Source of the DNA: Candidatus Jordarchaeia archaeon
Lineage (GTDB): Archaea > Asgardarchaeota > Jordiarchaeia > Jordiarchaeales > Jordiarchaeaceae
NCBI GenBank assembly: GCA_029856435.1
Contig: JAHQXB010000027.1
Coordinates: 1-17,464, forward strand
DNA: 17,464 bases
Direction: 5' to 3'
Under the pieces are notes generated by a model. The model did no database searches. It worked only from the letters and a program-made list of their open reading frames with translations, and was not told where the DNA came from. Position 1 is the stretch's first letter, and each line of letters opens with the position of its first letter. Position numbers and translations under genes: made by a program. Shown piece after piece: positions 1 to 8,320 of the stretch.

Positions 1-343
1 GTTTCTGGTGGTTTTTCCGTTTTTCGTTCAATCCAGAGCCTATGTCGGTCAGTATTTTTGTAACTTCCTGCTGTTTGAGCAGTTCCACCTGTTTTTGGAG
101 GTCGTTGCGCTGGGATGCTGACGGCACGCGGGCGTACCCTACGACCTCTCTCTGTTCGTGGATGTGAGGCAGTCGCTTGATTTCACTTTCGGGTATCCGT
201 CTTCGACCGCCGGTTGTTCTGGCCACTCGTAGTTTGCTCTGCTTGTCCCATTTCTGGATGGTTCGCGTCGTGGCGCCCAGTGGTTGTTTTGCCTCTTTGA
301 GGGTGTATAATCGCTCCATAGGCATCTTGCTGTAGTTCAGCAT
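1..343 (-). mobile_element. tnpA: IS607-family transposase TnpA (MerR-like HTH plus serine recombinase), 5' part only, runs off the window; probably degenerate
   Basis: Manual translation from ATG 343 (alternative ATGs at 325 and 319): MLNYSKMPMERLYTLKEAKQPLGATTRTIQKWDKQSKLRVARTTGGRRRIPESEIKRL...VVGYARVPSASQRNDLQKQVELLKQQEVTKILTDIGSGLNEKRK. The HTH with RTxGGRRR followed by GYARVxS and DIGSGLNxKRK is typical of IS607 TnpA. It is missing from the ORF track because it is truncated by the window edge. Confidence 0.88.
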
Positions 344-411
344 GATTCTATTTAAACACCGCTATTTTAGAACTGTTAGCATGGGCGTTATAAAAAGTGA
401 CTGGGAGTAAG

Positions 412-2841
412 CTATGATTTAGACTTACGTTTAATTTTTCCTTTGAGACCACTGGGTTTTACCACGATTTCTTTTTCCAGAACTGGAACTTCGAATGTTT
501 TCTCGGGTCTGGTGAGTTGGCGGTTTGAAGCAAAGGGAGCGAATTCTCGTCCGTCACCAGCATAGAACTTGGTGAAGAACTCCACCCAGTGAAGTCGCAA
601 GCTGTTCATAAAGCTTAGCAGTCCCTCTAAGCCAATAATGAGAATAGCGCCTATACCTGCCCAGAGGAGTGATTCGGTGACCAGCGTTGGAACACTGTAC
701 GTGCCAAATTGTGTGACTTCAATTATATTTGCCAATGCAGGTGGGCCTGGCAACTCCAGAAATATTTCTGAGAGGATGGCGTGTACAGCTGCTAGGGCGA
801 AGATTCGCGCGAAGGATATAGAGTGGGACAGACATGAGATTAGGTAGTCTAACTGTTCTGAGAACTCTGAAGTTTTATCGTGGGAGACTGCTATGGTGCC
901 AAATAGTGATATGAACAGTGGAATGAAAACGCATCCAAAGGTGAGAAATTGTACTGGTGGAAGGTGGATTGCGGGTCCCCATGCTGTAGTGTTGAGAATT
1001 ACAATGGTTTGGATAAGGTGTGCCATTTCTTCGAGAGCTGCGCTGTGAGTTAGTTCTATTTGCAGTTCTAGAAGATGCCAAAATTGAGTGTCAAGTAAGT
1101 AAGTTCCAATGCCTAAGGGCTCCAAGCATTTCAATGGTCTTATGGTTGTGTAATACCAGGGTGTAATGGCTTGAGAGAACAGTTGCAGATTTTCTAGAGT
1201 GAATTTTCCACTAGATAGGTAGGAGATTGTGAATTCTTGCAGTTTTGCAAATGATTCTCCTTGGGGAGAGAACCAGTTCATGAAGTTTACGCTGTACTCA
1301 TCGCTGTATATGATTAGGAAGGCGCCTATATAGAACCATATTAGGAACAGCGGCTGGAATACCGCCAGTTTTTTCTGCCCCTTCTTAATCAGGTTGACGA
1401 ATTTCACAGAGAAACCAAAGGTTATTTCCATAACACCAATGACTATTGATAGTCTAAGGAGTCTAAAGTTGCCCTCGGTGGTGAAAGGGTTGAACCATAG
1501 GGGATTGTAAACGGCGTGTGAGCCAAATACCGCACCGAAAAGAAAGCCAAAAATTATTGCTGAAAGTCCACAGATGAATAGCAGTCCTGCTCCCTCGTAT
1601 ATGTAGGCTGCGATTCCGGTAACTACTGGTTTTCTTAGCTTCCAAGCCAGAATAATGAGCGCAAAGAGAGCCAGTATTGCCCCATGAGCCACATCTGGGA
1701 ACATTAGCCCAAAGAAAAGTGGAAATGTCAGAATCATAAGTTTTGAGGGGTCAACTTCCTTATAGTTGGGTATACCGAACCCCCTCACAAGTTTCTGGTA
1801 TGCTCCGAATATTCGGGCATTCTGCATTTTTGTAGGTGGCGCCTCTGCGGTGGGGATAGTTTTTGTTACCTCTATGATAGCTGACCTTTGTGTTGCATTG
1901 TCTATTGCTGCGCTCAGCCTTTTCACTTGGTCGAGGGGAACCCAACCCCAAACCTCTACGGTTGTTTTAGTTATGCGGAAGTACTTTTTGGCATCTATGC
2001 GGTCTCTTTCAATTTCAAGCAGTTCTTTGCAGATGAGTAATTGATAACCCCACTCCCTAATTAGTTCCATCCGCCTATCTTCCAATTTTTGGAGAGCCTC
2101 TTCCAGTTTCTGTATGTTGGAGGAGGTTTTACTCTTAATCTCCTGGGTGGTGCCTTTAAGTTCCGGAGGTATTTTAAACTCTTCAAAACCGAAGGCGGTT
2201 AGAACCCTGTCGACCACACCGCGATACTGGTTTAGTATCGCTATGAAAACCACATCTCGCCCTTCACCTACGCTGACTGAACGGTAAACGTAATTACCTT
2301 CAGTTACCTCTCTAATCCGCCATTTTAGAGTACTGGACTTTATGGTGGGCACCGTCCCTGCCACCGCATACACGTATCTCCCTGGGCCCAGTTGGGATAC
2401 TGAGATTTCCAAGGGTTCAAGGGTCTCTACCACTTTTAGTATGGTCTTTTGCTGATCCAGTTCCTGTCGTTTTTGGATTTGCTCTTGACTTAAAGCTTGA
2501 ACTTTTGGTTCAACCTTACTTAGGGTCTTTTCACACATGTCAATTATTGTTTCTATTTTCTTGTCGTTGACAACCCAGCGCTTATTTTTCGGTATTTTGG
2601 TCGCCAGAATAGGGATGTACTGAGCTAGTCCAAGGTAGTCGACTTGCCTCTGAACATCGTTCAGCAACTTGTAGATGGATTGTTCTTGTTCGGAGAGCTC
2701 AGTTGGTGCTGAGGTACCCTTTTCTAGCACATCGATAATTTCTACTTCTCCCACTTCATGCAGGCAACGTATTAAGTCGCGTTCATAGTCTTTATGGCAG
2801 ATGATTTTTATTATGCCCATTTTAGCAGGGGTGAATTTCAT
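412..2841 (-). CDS. atpI: A/V-type ATP synthase subunit I (a), 809 aa
   Basis: Starts with MKFTPAKM and has a coiled-coil soluble domain. Motifs seen: FPLFFGLMFPDVAHG, the essential Arg in SISFARIFALAAVH, and LRLHWVEFFTKFYAGDGREFAPF. Confidence 0.96.
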   Translation of the reverse strand: MKFTPAKMGIIKIICHKDYERDLIRCLHEVGEVEIIDVLEKGTSAPTELSEQEQSIYKLLNDVQRQVDYLGLAQYIPILATKIPKNKRWVVNDKKIETIIDMCEKTLSKVEPKVQALSQEQIQKRQELDQQKTILKVVETLEPLEISVSQLGPGRYVYAVAGTVPTIKSSTLKWRIREVTEGNYVYRSVSVGEGRDVVFIAILNQYRGVVDRVLTAFGFEEFKIPPELKGTTQEIKSKTSSNIQKLEEALQKLEDRRMELIREWGYQLLICKELLEIERDRIDAKKYFRITKTTVEVWGWVPLDQVKRLSAAIDNATQRSAIIEVTKTIPTAEAPPTKMQNARIFGAYQKLVRGFGIPNYKEVDPSKLMILTFPLFFGLMFPDVAHGAILALFALIILAWKLRKPVVTGIAAYIYEGAGLLFICGLSAIIFGFLFGAVFGSHAVYNPLWFNPFTTEGNFRLLRLSIVIGVMEITFGFSVKFVNLIKKGQKKLAVFQPLFLIWFYIGAFLIIYSDEYSVNFMNWFSPQGESFAKLQEFTISYLSSGKFTLENLQLFSQAITPWYYTTIRPLKCLEPLGIGTYLLDTQFWHLLELQIELTHSAALEEMAHLIQTIVILNTTAWGPAIHLPPVQFLTFGCVFIPLFISLFGTIAVSHDKTSEFSEQLDYLISCLSHSISFARIFALAAVHAILSEIFLELPGPPALANIIEVTQFGTYSVPTLVTESLLWAGIGAILIIGLEGLLSFMNSLRLHWVEFFTKFYAGDGREFAPFASNRQLTRPEKTFEVPVLEKEIVVKPSGLKGKIKRKSKS

Positions 2842-2910
2842 TGCTGGTCCCTTTGAGAATTATGTGCTGAGATATGTGACTAGAGAAGTACTTTACGGTT
2901 AATGCTTCGC

Positions 2911-2926
2911 ATATATATAATTTTTG
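2911..2926 (-). promoter_or_regulatory. Putative BRE/TATA box for atpI
   Basis: The minus strand reads AAAAA-TTATATATAT about 70 nt upstream of the atpI ATG, inside the divergent atpI/atpH intergenic region. Confidence 0.45.
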
Positions 2927-3200
2927 TAGACCTAGTAAGGAAAAGGTGATAAGAAGCGTCTTATTTTCGCAGTGGGAAAATTGAGCCTATTTGAGTTCTA
3001 CGCGTTGCGCTTTATAAGATTTTAAAGAGTTGATTCTTTATGGAATGAATATTATAGAGATAATTTACTTTAAAAAAGGGTTAATTTATGAAAGTACAAC
3101 TGTTTTTTGGGGGTTTCCGTGTAGTAGTTTGCCGTTATTGTTAAATATTAAAAGGCAATACTTCAAACTTAAAAACACGGTGAGTGTTGAGGTGAACGCG

Positions 3201-3515
3201 TTGGCTTCTAATGCTCTTAAAGTCATCAGAAGCGCTGAAGAGGCGGCTGAAAAGAGAATAGCTTTAGCGGAAAGCGAAGCAAAAGCGATAGAAAGCAATG
3301 CTATTAAGAAAAGAGATGAAATAATGGGAAAAAAGGTAAGCGCCGCTGAAAAGAACGTGGAAGAAATCATGAAAAAGGCCGAATTAGAGGTTAAGGAACA
3401 AATAAAGCAAATAGAGGACGAAGCTGAAAAGGAGGCCAAAAAAATCGCGGAGCAAGGCTCAAAAAGAATAGATGATGCAGTTAAGATAATTATTGATGCT
3501 ATAATAGGGGGTTAG
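3201..3515 (+). CDS. atpH: A/V-type ATP synthase peripheral stalk subunit H (G), 104 aa
   Basis: E/K/A-rich coiled coil (IRSAEEAAEKRIALAE...AVKIIIDAIIGG) directly upstream of subunit E. I moved the start from the track's 3030 to TTG 3201, which lies 6 nt after a GAGGTG RBS (3189-3194) and gives the usual size of about 105 aa. Confidence 0.85.
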   Translation: MASNALKVIRSAEEAAEKRIALAESEAKAIESNAIKKRDEIMGKKVSAAEKNVEEIMKKAELEVKEQIKQIEDEAEKEAKKIAEQGSKRIDDAVKIIIDAIIGG

Positions 3516-3520
3516 ACAAA

Positions 3521-4192
3521 GTGGCGAGTGAAGAAAATGTTGAAGAGGAAATAACAGAGATTGAAGAAGAACCAGAGAACGAGAGACTAAAGAAAATTAA
3601 AGAAAAAATTGAGAAAGATGCTGAGCAGAGGGCAAGTGCAATAATTGAGGAAGCCAAAAGAAGAGCTAGGGAAATAGAGGACGAAGCACTATCCAAAGCA
3701 GAAAAAAAGGCAGAAGAGATACTAAAAAGGGCGGAGGAAGAAGCCGAGAGATACAAGAGAAGGAGATTGGCCGAAGCAAAACTGAAAGCGAAACAGAGGA
3801 AAACAAGAGCCCAAGAAGAAATCATAGAAAAAGCGTTTAGCAAGGCCAACGAAAAACTAAAAGAACTCACTTCTTCGCCAGAATATAAGGGTGTACTGGA
3901 AAAACTGATTCAAAAGGCAGCTATAGGCTTAGGCGGCGGAGACCTAGAAGTCGTTCTAGTTCCAGGCCACGACAAATACTTACCAGACCTCTCCTCGATA
4001 GCCAAAAAGGTAGAGGAGGAAACCAAGAATCCCACCAAAATAAGCCTCTCAAAAGAAAAACTGGACGCCGACGGTGGATGCCTAGTTAGAAGGAAGGACG
4101 GCACCATTTACATTGACAACAGCTTCCAAGCAATACTAGAACGGAAAATCAAAGAACTCAGAGTAGAAGTAGCAAAAACGCTAATAAAATAA
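3521..4192 (+). CDS. atpE: A/V-type ATP synthase subunit E, 223 aa
   Basis: N-terminal coiled coil (KIKEKIEKDAEQRASAIIEEA) and the C-terminal globular motif GGCLVRRKDGTIYIDNSFQAILE. Confidence 0.95.
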   Translation: MASEENVEEEITEIEEEPENERLKKIKEKIEKDAEQRASAIIEEAKRRAREIEDEALSKAEKKAEEILKRAEEEAERYKRRRLAEAKLKAKQRKTRAQEEIIEKAFSKANEKLKELTSSPEYKGVLEKLIQKAAIGLGGGDLEVVLVPGHDKYLPDLSSIAKKVEEETKNPTKISLSKEKLDADGGCLVRRKDGTIYIDNSFQAILERKIKELRVEVAKTLIK

Positions 4193-4197
4193 CACTC

Positions 4198-4207
4198 TTT
4201 ATTTTTT
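4198..4207 (+). terminator. Putative oligo-T terminator of atpH-atpE
   Basis: TTTATTTTTT starts 5 nt after the atpE stop; oligo-T tracts are typical archaeal terminators. Confidence 0.45.
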
Positions 4208-4416
4208 AGGAAAAATACAACTTACAACTATAATATTTTGGAGAACTTTTTGCATTTTCAATTTGTGGAAAAAAAGGTTATTTTGGCTCTATTTGGAAGA
4301 ATAAGCCTAAAAAATGGTAGAGTGTGTACCTGTTTTTCTCACAAAAATTATTAGAAATACTAATAAAAACGGGTTTCACGGATAGAAATGGCAACTGTTG
4401 GGCTTCCTGAGTGTTT

Positions 4417-4433
4417 AAAAAAGGTAAAAAAAA
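4417..4433 (-). terminator. Putative oligo-T terminator of atpC-atpK
   Basis: T8 and T6 runs on the minus strand about 20-35 nt after the atpK stop, convergent with the atpE terminator. Confidence 0.45.
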
Positions 4434-4453
4434 GATATTTTTGATTTTTTTAT

Positions 4454-4780
4454 TTATGTTATTTTGCCCAGCAACAAGAAGCTAATAACGAATCCATAAA
4501 TTGCGATAGCTTCGATTAACACAATGTAAATGATGGATCTACCGAACACTTCGGGTTTCTCACTTATGGCTCCAATTGCAGCCGCAGAAGCTGTGCCCAT
4601 CCCCAAACCAGCTCCCAAACCCGCTAGACCTACTGCTAGACCTGCGCCAATGCCTACGGTATACTTTGCGAAGGGACTTAAGTCAAGTGTTTCGTATTGT
4701 GCGAGAACAAACGAGTTGTAAAGAGCGACTGTGAGAACCAGCGCCACTGCTAATTGGAGGAGCAGAAATTTTTTGTTCAT
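4454..4780 (-). CDS. atpK: A/V-type ATP synthase proteolipid subunit K (c): single hairpin with an N-terminal signal-peptide-like extension, 108 aa
   Basis: Gly-rich helix GAGLAVGLAGLGAGLGMG, loop ISEKPEVFG, ion-binding Glu in LIEAIAIYG, and a GAGGTGG RBS. Confidence 0.96.
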   Translation of the reverse strand: MNKKFLLLQLAVALVLTVALYNSFVLAQYETLDLSPFAKYTVGIGAGLAVGLAGLGAGLGMGTASAAAIGAISEKPEVFGRSIIYIVLIEAIAIYGFVISFLLLGKIT

Positions 4781-4793
4781 TTTTCCACCTCTA

Positions 4794-5858
4794 CTAGAAG
4801 ATTGTTAGCAGATCACGAATTTTGCTTGGTTCGACCGCCTCTACTTTCCCAACAATTATTATTTTAATGTTTCGGATTTCTTGGCCTTTAAGTTCCAGAA
4901 AAGCTATGGGAACACCTATGTGGAATGGAAATCCTATTAGTTGGGAGTAAACAATCTGGGTATGATACTCGTTGAAGGCGTGTTCAACTAGGAATAGAGA
5001 CTGGGTTTCCTCGTAAACCTCTTTAGCTCTATAGGCGATGTATCTAAACTCTGAAACTGAGAGAATATTTAGTACATTTTCCACGTTGGGTGCAGCAATG
5101 CATTCTCTTATGGTTGCTTCTGACTTGTAGAATACGGGGAGTATGAGTTGCTCTGTTATTTCTGGTCGAAGTTTAAGGGCTTTGCTCCTCAGAATGGTCA
5201 GAATGTTTAGGAGGTCTATTTTGGTTCCAATTATTATCTTGGCGTACTTTTTGTCGCCCCTAGGAAGTTTGTTAATGTTTTCCCAAAGCTGGCGGTATAT
5301 CTCGTTATCGAGGGCATTTTCCAGAATTAGTGGCGTTTTGAGAGACTCATACTGGGGAAGCGCTGCCCTCAAAGCCTCCCTAGCTTTCCGGTTTCTCACC
5401 TGATCAATAAGTTGATTAATGTTTTGTGAATCTAGGAGAACATTGTACTCATCCACTTCTTTGGGAGACATGGATACAATGTATTGCATCGCTGTTTGTT
5501 TGGGAATTTTATTAATCACTGCTCCAATGATTACCTTTAGATTGTCATAGTAGAATTTTTCCTTGTAAAGTTTCAAAAATTCTTTTGCTTTTCCCGAGGA
5601 GCTATGCATCACCAAGTCAAAAACCTTTAAGAATCCTTCACTGAGAACCCGGTCTATCTGTAACAGGTCATATGGAGGCTTTAGCTCCATCTGCGCAATC
5701 TGCTCAGCATAGCGAGTTGCACCCAGAATACGTATCACATCATCTATGTTTGCCGCCTGCACTAACTTCTCATAGTCTCCCACTGACAACAGATAGGATT
5801 TAAGCGCCCTCACCTTTGCGTTGACTTGGGCGTAATCTCTTGACTTGAGGACATCCAT
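4794..5858 (-). CDS. atpC: A/V-type ATP synthase subunit C (d), about 354 aa
   Basis: YAQVNAKVRALKSYLLS at the N-terminus, IDLLNILTILRSK, and C-terminal IAFLELKGQEIRNIKIIIVGK. The start is probably ATG 5858 (GGGGT RBS 5 nt upstream) rather than GTG 5873. Confidence 0.94.
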   Translation of the reverse strand: MDVLKSRDYAQVNAKVRALKSYLLSVGDYEKLVQAANIDDVIRILGATRYAEQIAQMELKPPYDLLQIDRVLSEGFLKVFDLVMHSSSGKAKEFLKLYKEKFYYDNLKVIIGAVINKIPKQTAMQYIVSMSPKEVDEYNVLLDSQNINQLIDQVRNRKAREALRAALPQYESLKTPLILENALDNEIYRQLWENINKLPRGDKKYAKIIIGTKIDLLNILTILRSKALKLRPEITEQLILPVFYKSEATIRECIAAPNVENVLNILSVSEFRYIAYRAKEVYEETQSLFLVEHAFNEYHTQIVYSQLIGFPFHIGVPIAFLELKGQEIRNIKIIIVGKVEAVEPSKIRDLLTIF

Positions 5859-5913
5859 TGTTTTACCCCGCACATATTATTCTTTGAGGCCTGCCTCTAC
5901 ATTGACGATTACC

Positions 5914-5922
5914 TATATAAAA
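5914..5922 (-). promoter_or_regulatory. Putative TATA box for atpC-atpK
   Basis: TTTTATATA on the minus strand immediately after the stop of the AtpZ-like gene, about 56 nt upstream of the atpC ATG. Confidence 0.4.
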
Positions 5923-5923
5923 A

Positions 5924-6367
5924 CTATTCCTCAAACTTCTCATCTTTAAAAGGCGGCTCCTCATCCTCCTCCAAGTTAACACTAAGCTTCATTAGTCTAA
6001 GCACCCTCTCCCACTTCTCATCATCAGACAACTCATCCTTTTTCTGAGTCTCCCCTGAAGTTTTCGCCTCTCTTGGTGAAGGTTTAGGAGGCGGGGAGGC
6101 TTCTCCATTTATTTTTCGGGTGAGATCCCTTTTCTCCCAGATTTTAACAATTTTGACAATGTTATAGGTACCCACCAAAAAGCCCAAAACCGCCCCCAAA
6201 ATCACAAAGAAATTATAGTACTGGGCACCAAACTGCTCACCCAAATAGTAACCTATATACACACCAGCAATAACCATAATGGGAAGCTCAGAACCAATCA
6301 CCATCCACTTACCAATATTCCCAACACTATACCTTCTAGAATCCTTCTTACCTCTTACAAGGCTCAT
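5924..6367 (-). CDS. AtpZ/AtpI-family (ATPase_gene1-like) two-TM membrane protein with a charged C-terminal tail, 147 aa
   Basis: Two helices, SELPIMVIAGVYIGYYLGEQFG and FFVILGAVLGFLVGTYNIVKIVK, match the pattern of the small first gene of bacterial atp operons. It lies directly upstream of atpC. Confidence 0.7.
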   Translation of the reverse strand: MSLVRGKKDSRRYSVGNIGKWMVIGSELPIMVIAGVYIGYYLGEQFGAQYYNFFVILGAVLGFLVGTYNIVKIVKIWEKRDLTRKINGEASPPPKPSPREAKTSGETQKKDELSDDEKWERVLRLMKLSVNLEEDEEPPFKDEKFEE

Positions 6368-6536
6368 ACATCAGCCCTCAAAAACCCCTACACAAAACAA
6401 ACAATTAAACCTTTTCCAAAAAATCACAAAACCACACAAATCAAAAAGCCAGCTCCCCAAAAAAACAATAAAACAAAAAACACCAAACCAAACACAAAAG
6501 CATATTAGAAAAAGGGGAATCCCAAATTTTTCCCAC

Positions 6537-6550
6537 AAAAAATAAAAAAA
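6537..6550 (-). terminator. Putative oligo-T terminator of the Nuo/Mrp-like operon
   Basis: TTTTTTTATTTTTT about 15 nt after the stop at 6565, followed by a long T/G-rich tract down to 6368. Confidence 0.5.
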
Positions 6551-6564
6551 GGTGAGAATTGAGT

Positions 6565-8319
6565 TTAGAGAATTCCACCGAAGTACGCTGGCAGGTAGAA
6601 CAGAGCCTCAGCAGCCCTATTCGACATGGCGTAAAGCACACCGGGGAACAGACCGAAAGCCACGCAGCCCACAGCCAGCAACACAATAGCCACAAGCATC
6701 CACACAGGAGCCCTCGACTTCTCCAGCTCCCTAACCTTCGCAGACTCCCTGCCAAACCACACAATCTGAATCAAACGCAAATAATACACAGCTGAGAAGC
6801 CACTGCACAAAACCGCCACCAGTGCCAGAGTAACCCACACCCAACCATTCAGGGTGAAGGGAGCAAGCTGAACCGGAGCCAATATCAGCAACAGCTTGGA
6901 CCAGAAACCATTGAACGGCGGCAAACCAATAAGCCCCAAAGAACCAATAGCCAGAGCAATGCTCGTTACAGGCATCTTACGCCCAATACCAGAAAGATCG
7001 TCCAGCATCCGGGAACCCGTAGCATGCAGGTAAGCTCCCGCACACAAGAACAGGAGCCCCTTCATCATAGCATGGTTAATCACGTGGAACCAAGATGCCG
7101 TGAACCCCAGAATAGTCCCAGTCGACAAACCAATAAGAATGTAGCCAATGTTAAGAATACTACTGTAAGCCAGCAATCTCTTAATGTCCTTCTGGAGGAG
7201 AGCCATAATATTTGCTACAACCATGGTAATTATTGACAGCACAACCAGCGCGTAGTTCCAGTCAAACGGGTAGGGGAACGATGGAAAACCATAGGGATAA
7301 CTGTAGGGAGTCGAGGAGAACATGAACCACAGGTATGGGAACGGTGTGGACTGGATGGGAAACATCACGGTCAAGCTCCGAATCAAGGCATAGACGCCAG
7401 AAGCGATAACCACACCCGATAGCATAGCACTCATACCGCTCGGAGCGGCTGGGTGTGCGTCGGGAAGCCAGAAGTGGAACGGCACAATAGCAGACTCAAC
7501 ACCAAAGCCCGCTATCAGAAACGCAACAATCAAGTAGAACAAAGGCCTACCAGTAAACAACTGAAGCTGATCCAAAGCATTCATCAGGGTTCCAACGTAG
7601 GCAAAATTCAGCGTGCCAGTGTAGCCGTATATGAATGAGCTGGCGTAAAGAATCAAAGTGCTTCCAACAGCCACCATCACCAGATATTTGAAGCCCGCCT
7701 CCACAGGCTCCCACTTCTCCTTCCTGAAACCCACAAGGACGAAGGCGGTGATGCTCATCATCTCAAAGAACACAAACAGTGTGAACAGGTCACCAGCGAA
7801 AACTATTCCGTTAAGAGAACCTACCAGCACCAGCAACGCCGCATAATACTTGGTCTTCCCAGTGTCGTGCGCCATGTAACTTATGGAGTAAATGCACACC
7901 AGCAACCCCAGACCCGTGAAGGCCGCCGCCATAAGCATACTCAAAAAGTCCACCGCAAACACTGAACCCGTAGGCGGCGCTGTGACCAGCGAAAGTGGAC
8001 CCGCCCCGCCCGACAGCAAGTTTATGAACATGGTTAGTGCAAAGCCGCCGGGCATATACTCAAAGTAGAACGTGGGAGCGATATAAACGCCCCAAACCAG
8101 AAATGAATAGTCAGACACCAGTTTCAGAACATTGAGATCCCAGTACAACTGGTAAACTGCCACTGCGGTTGCTGCAAATCCCAGCGTGGCCAACGCCTCT
8201 CTAATTCTCTGGAGCTTGCCTCCCGCCACACGTTCAAATAGGGAGCCAGCCCCCAGCACCAGTAAAGCAGTTCCAATTGGGATAATTATGGGATACAACA
8301 AGTTAATGTCGCTTATCAT
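6565..8319 (-). CDS. nuoN: Antiporter-like subunit, NuoN position, MrpD/MbhH-like sequence, 584 aa
   Basis: Motifs LFVFFEMMS, EAGFKY, PFHFWLPDAHPAAPS, IKRLLAYSS, NHAMMKGLLFL and GLPPFNGFWSK. It is the last gene of a J-K-L-M-N-ordered operon. The symbol is assigned by position; the sequence looks closer to MrpD/MbhH. Confidence 0.88.
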   Translation of the reverse strand: MISDINLLYPIIIPIGTALLVLGAGSLFERVAGGKLQRIREALATLGFAATAVAVYQLYWDLNVLKLVSDYSFLVWGVYIAPTFYFEYMPGGFALTMFINLLSGGAGPLSLVTAPPTGSVFAVDFLSMLMAAAFTGLGLLVCIYSISYMAHDTGKTKYYAALLVLVGSLNGIVFAGDLFTLFVFFEMMSITAFVLVGFRKEKWEPVEAGFKYLVMVAVGSTLILYASSFIYGYTGTLNFAYVGTLMNALDQLQLFTGRPLFYLIVAFLIAGFGVESAIVPFHFWLPDAHPAAPSGMSAMLSGVVIASGVYALIRSLTVMFPIQSTPFPYLWFMFSSTPYSYPYGFPSFPYPFDWNYALVVLSIITMVVANIMALLQKDIKRLLAYSSILNIGYILIGLSTGTILGFTASWFHVINHAMMKGLLFLCAGAYLHATGSRMLDDLSGIGRKMPVTSIALAIGSLGLIGLPPFNGFWSKLLLILAPVQLAPFTLNGWVWVTLALVAVLCSGFSAVYYLRLIQIVWFGRESAKVRELEKSRAPVWMLVAIVLLAVGCVAFGLFPGVLYAMSNRAAEALFYLPAYFGGIL

Positions 8320-8320
8320 T

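Noticed and set aside
3030-3200. N-terminal 57 codons of the 161-aa track ORF
   Set aside because: AT-rich promoter-like DNA that does not resemble subunit H; the RBS points to TTG 3201.
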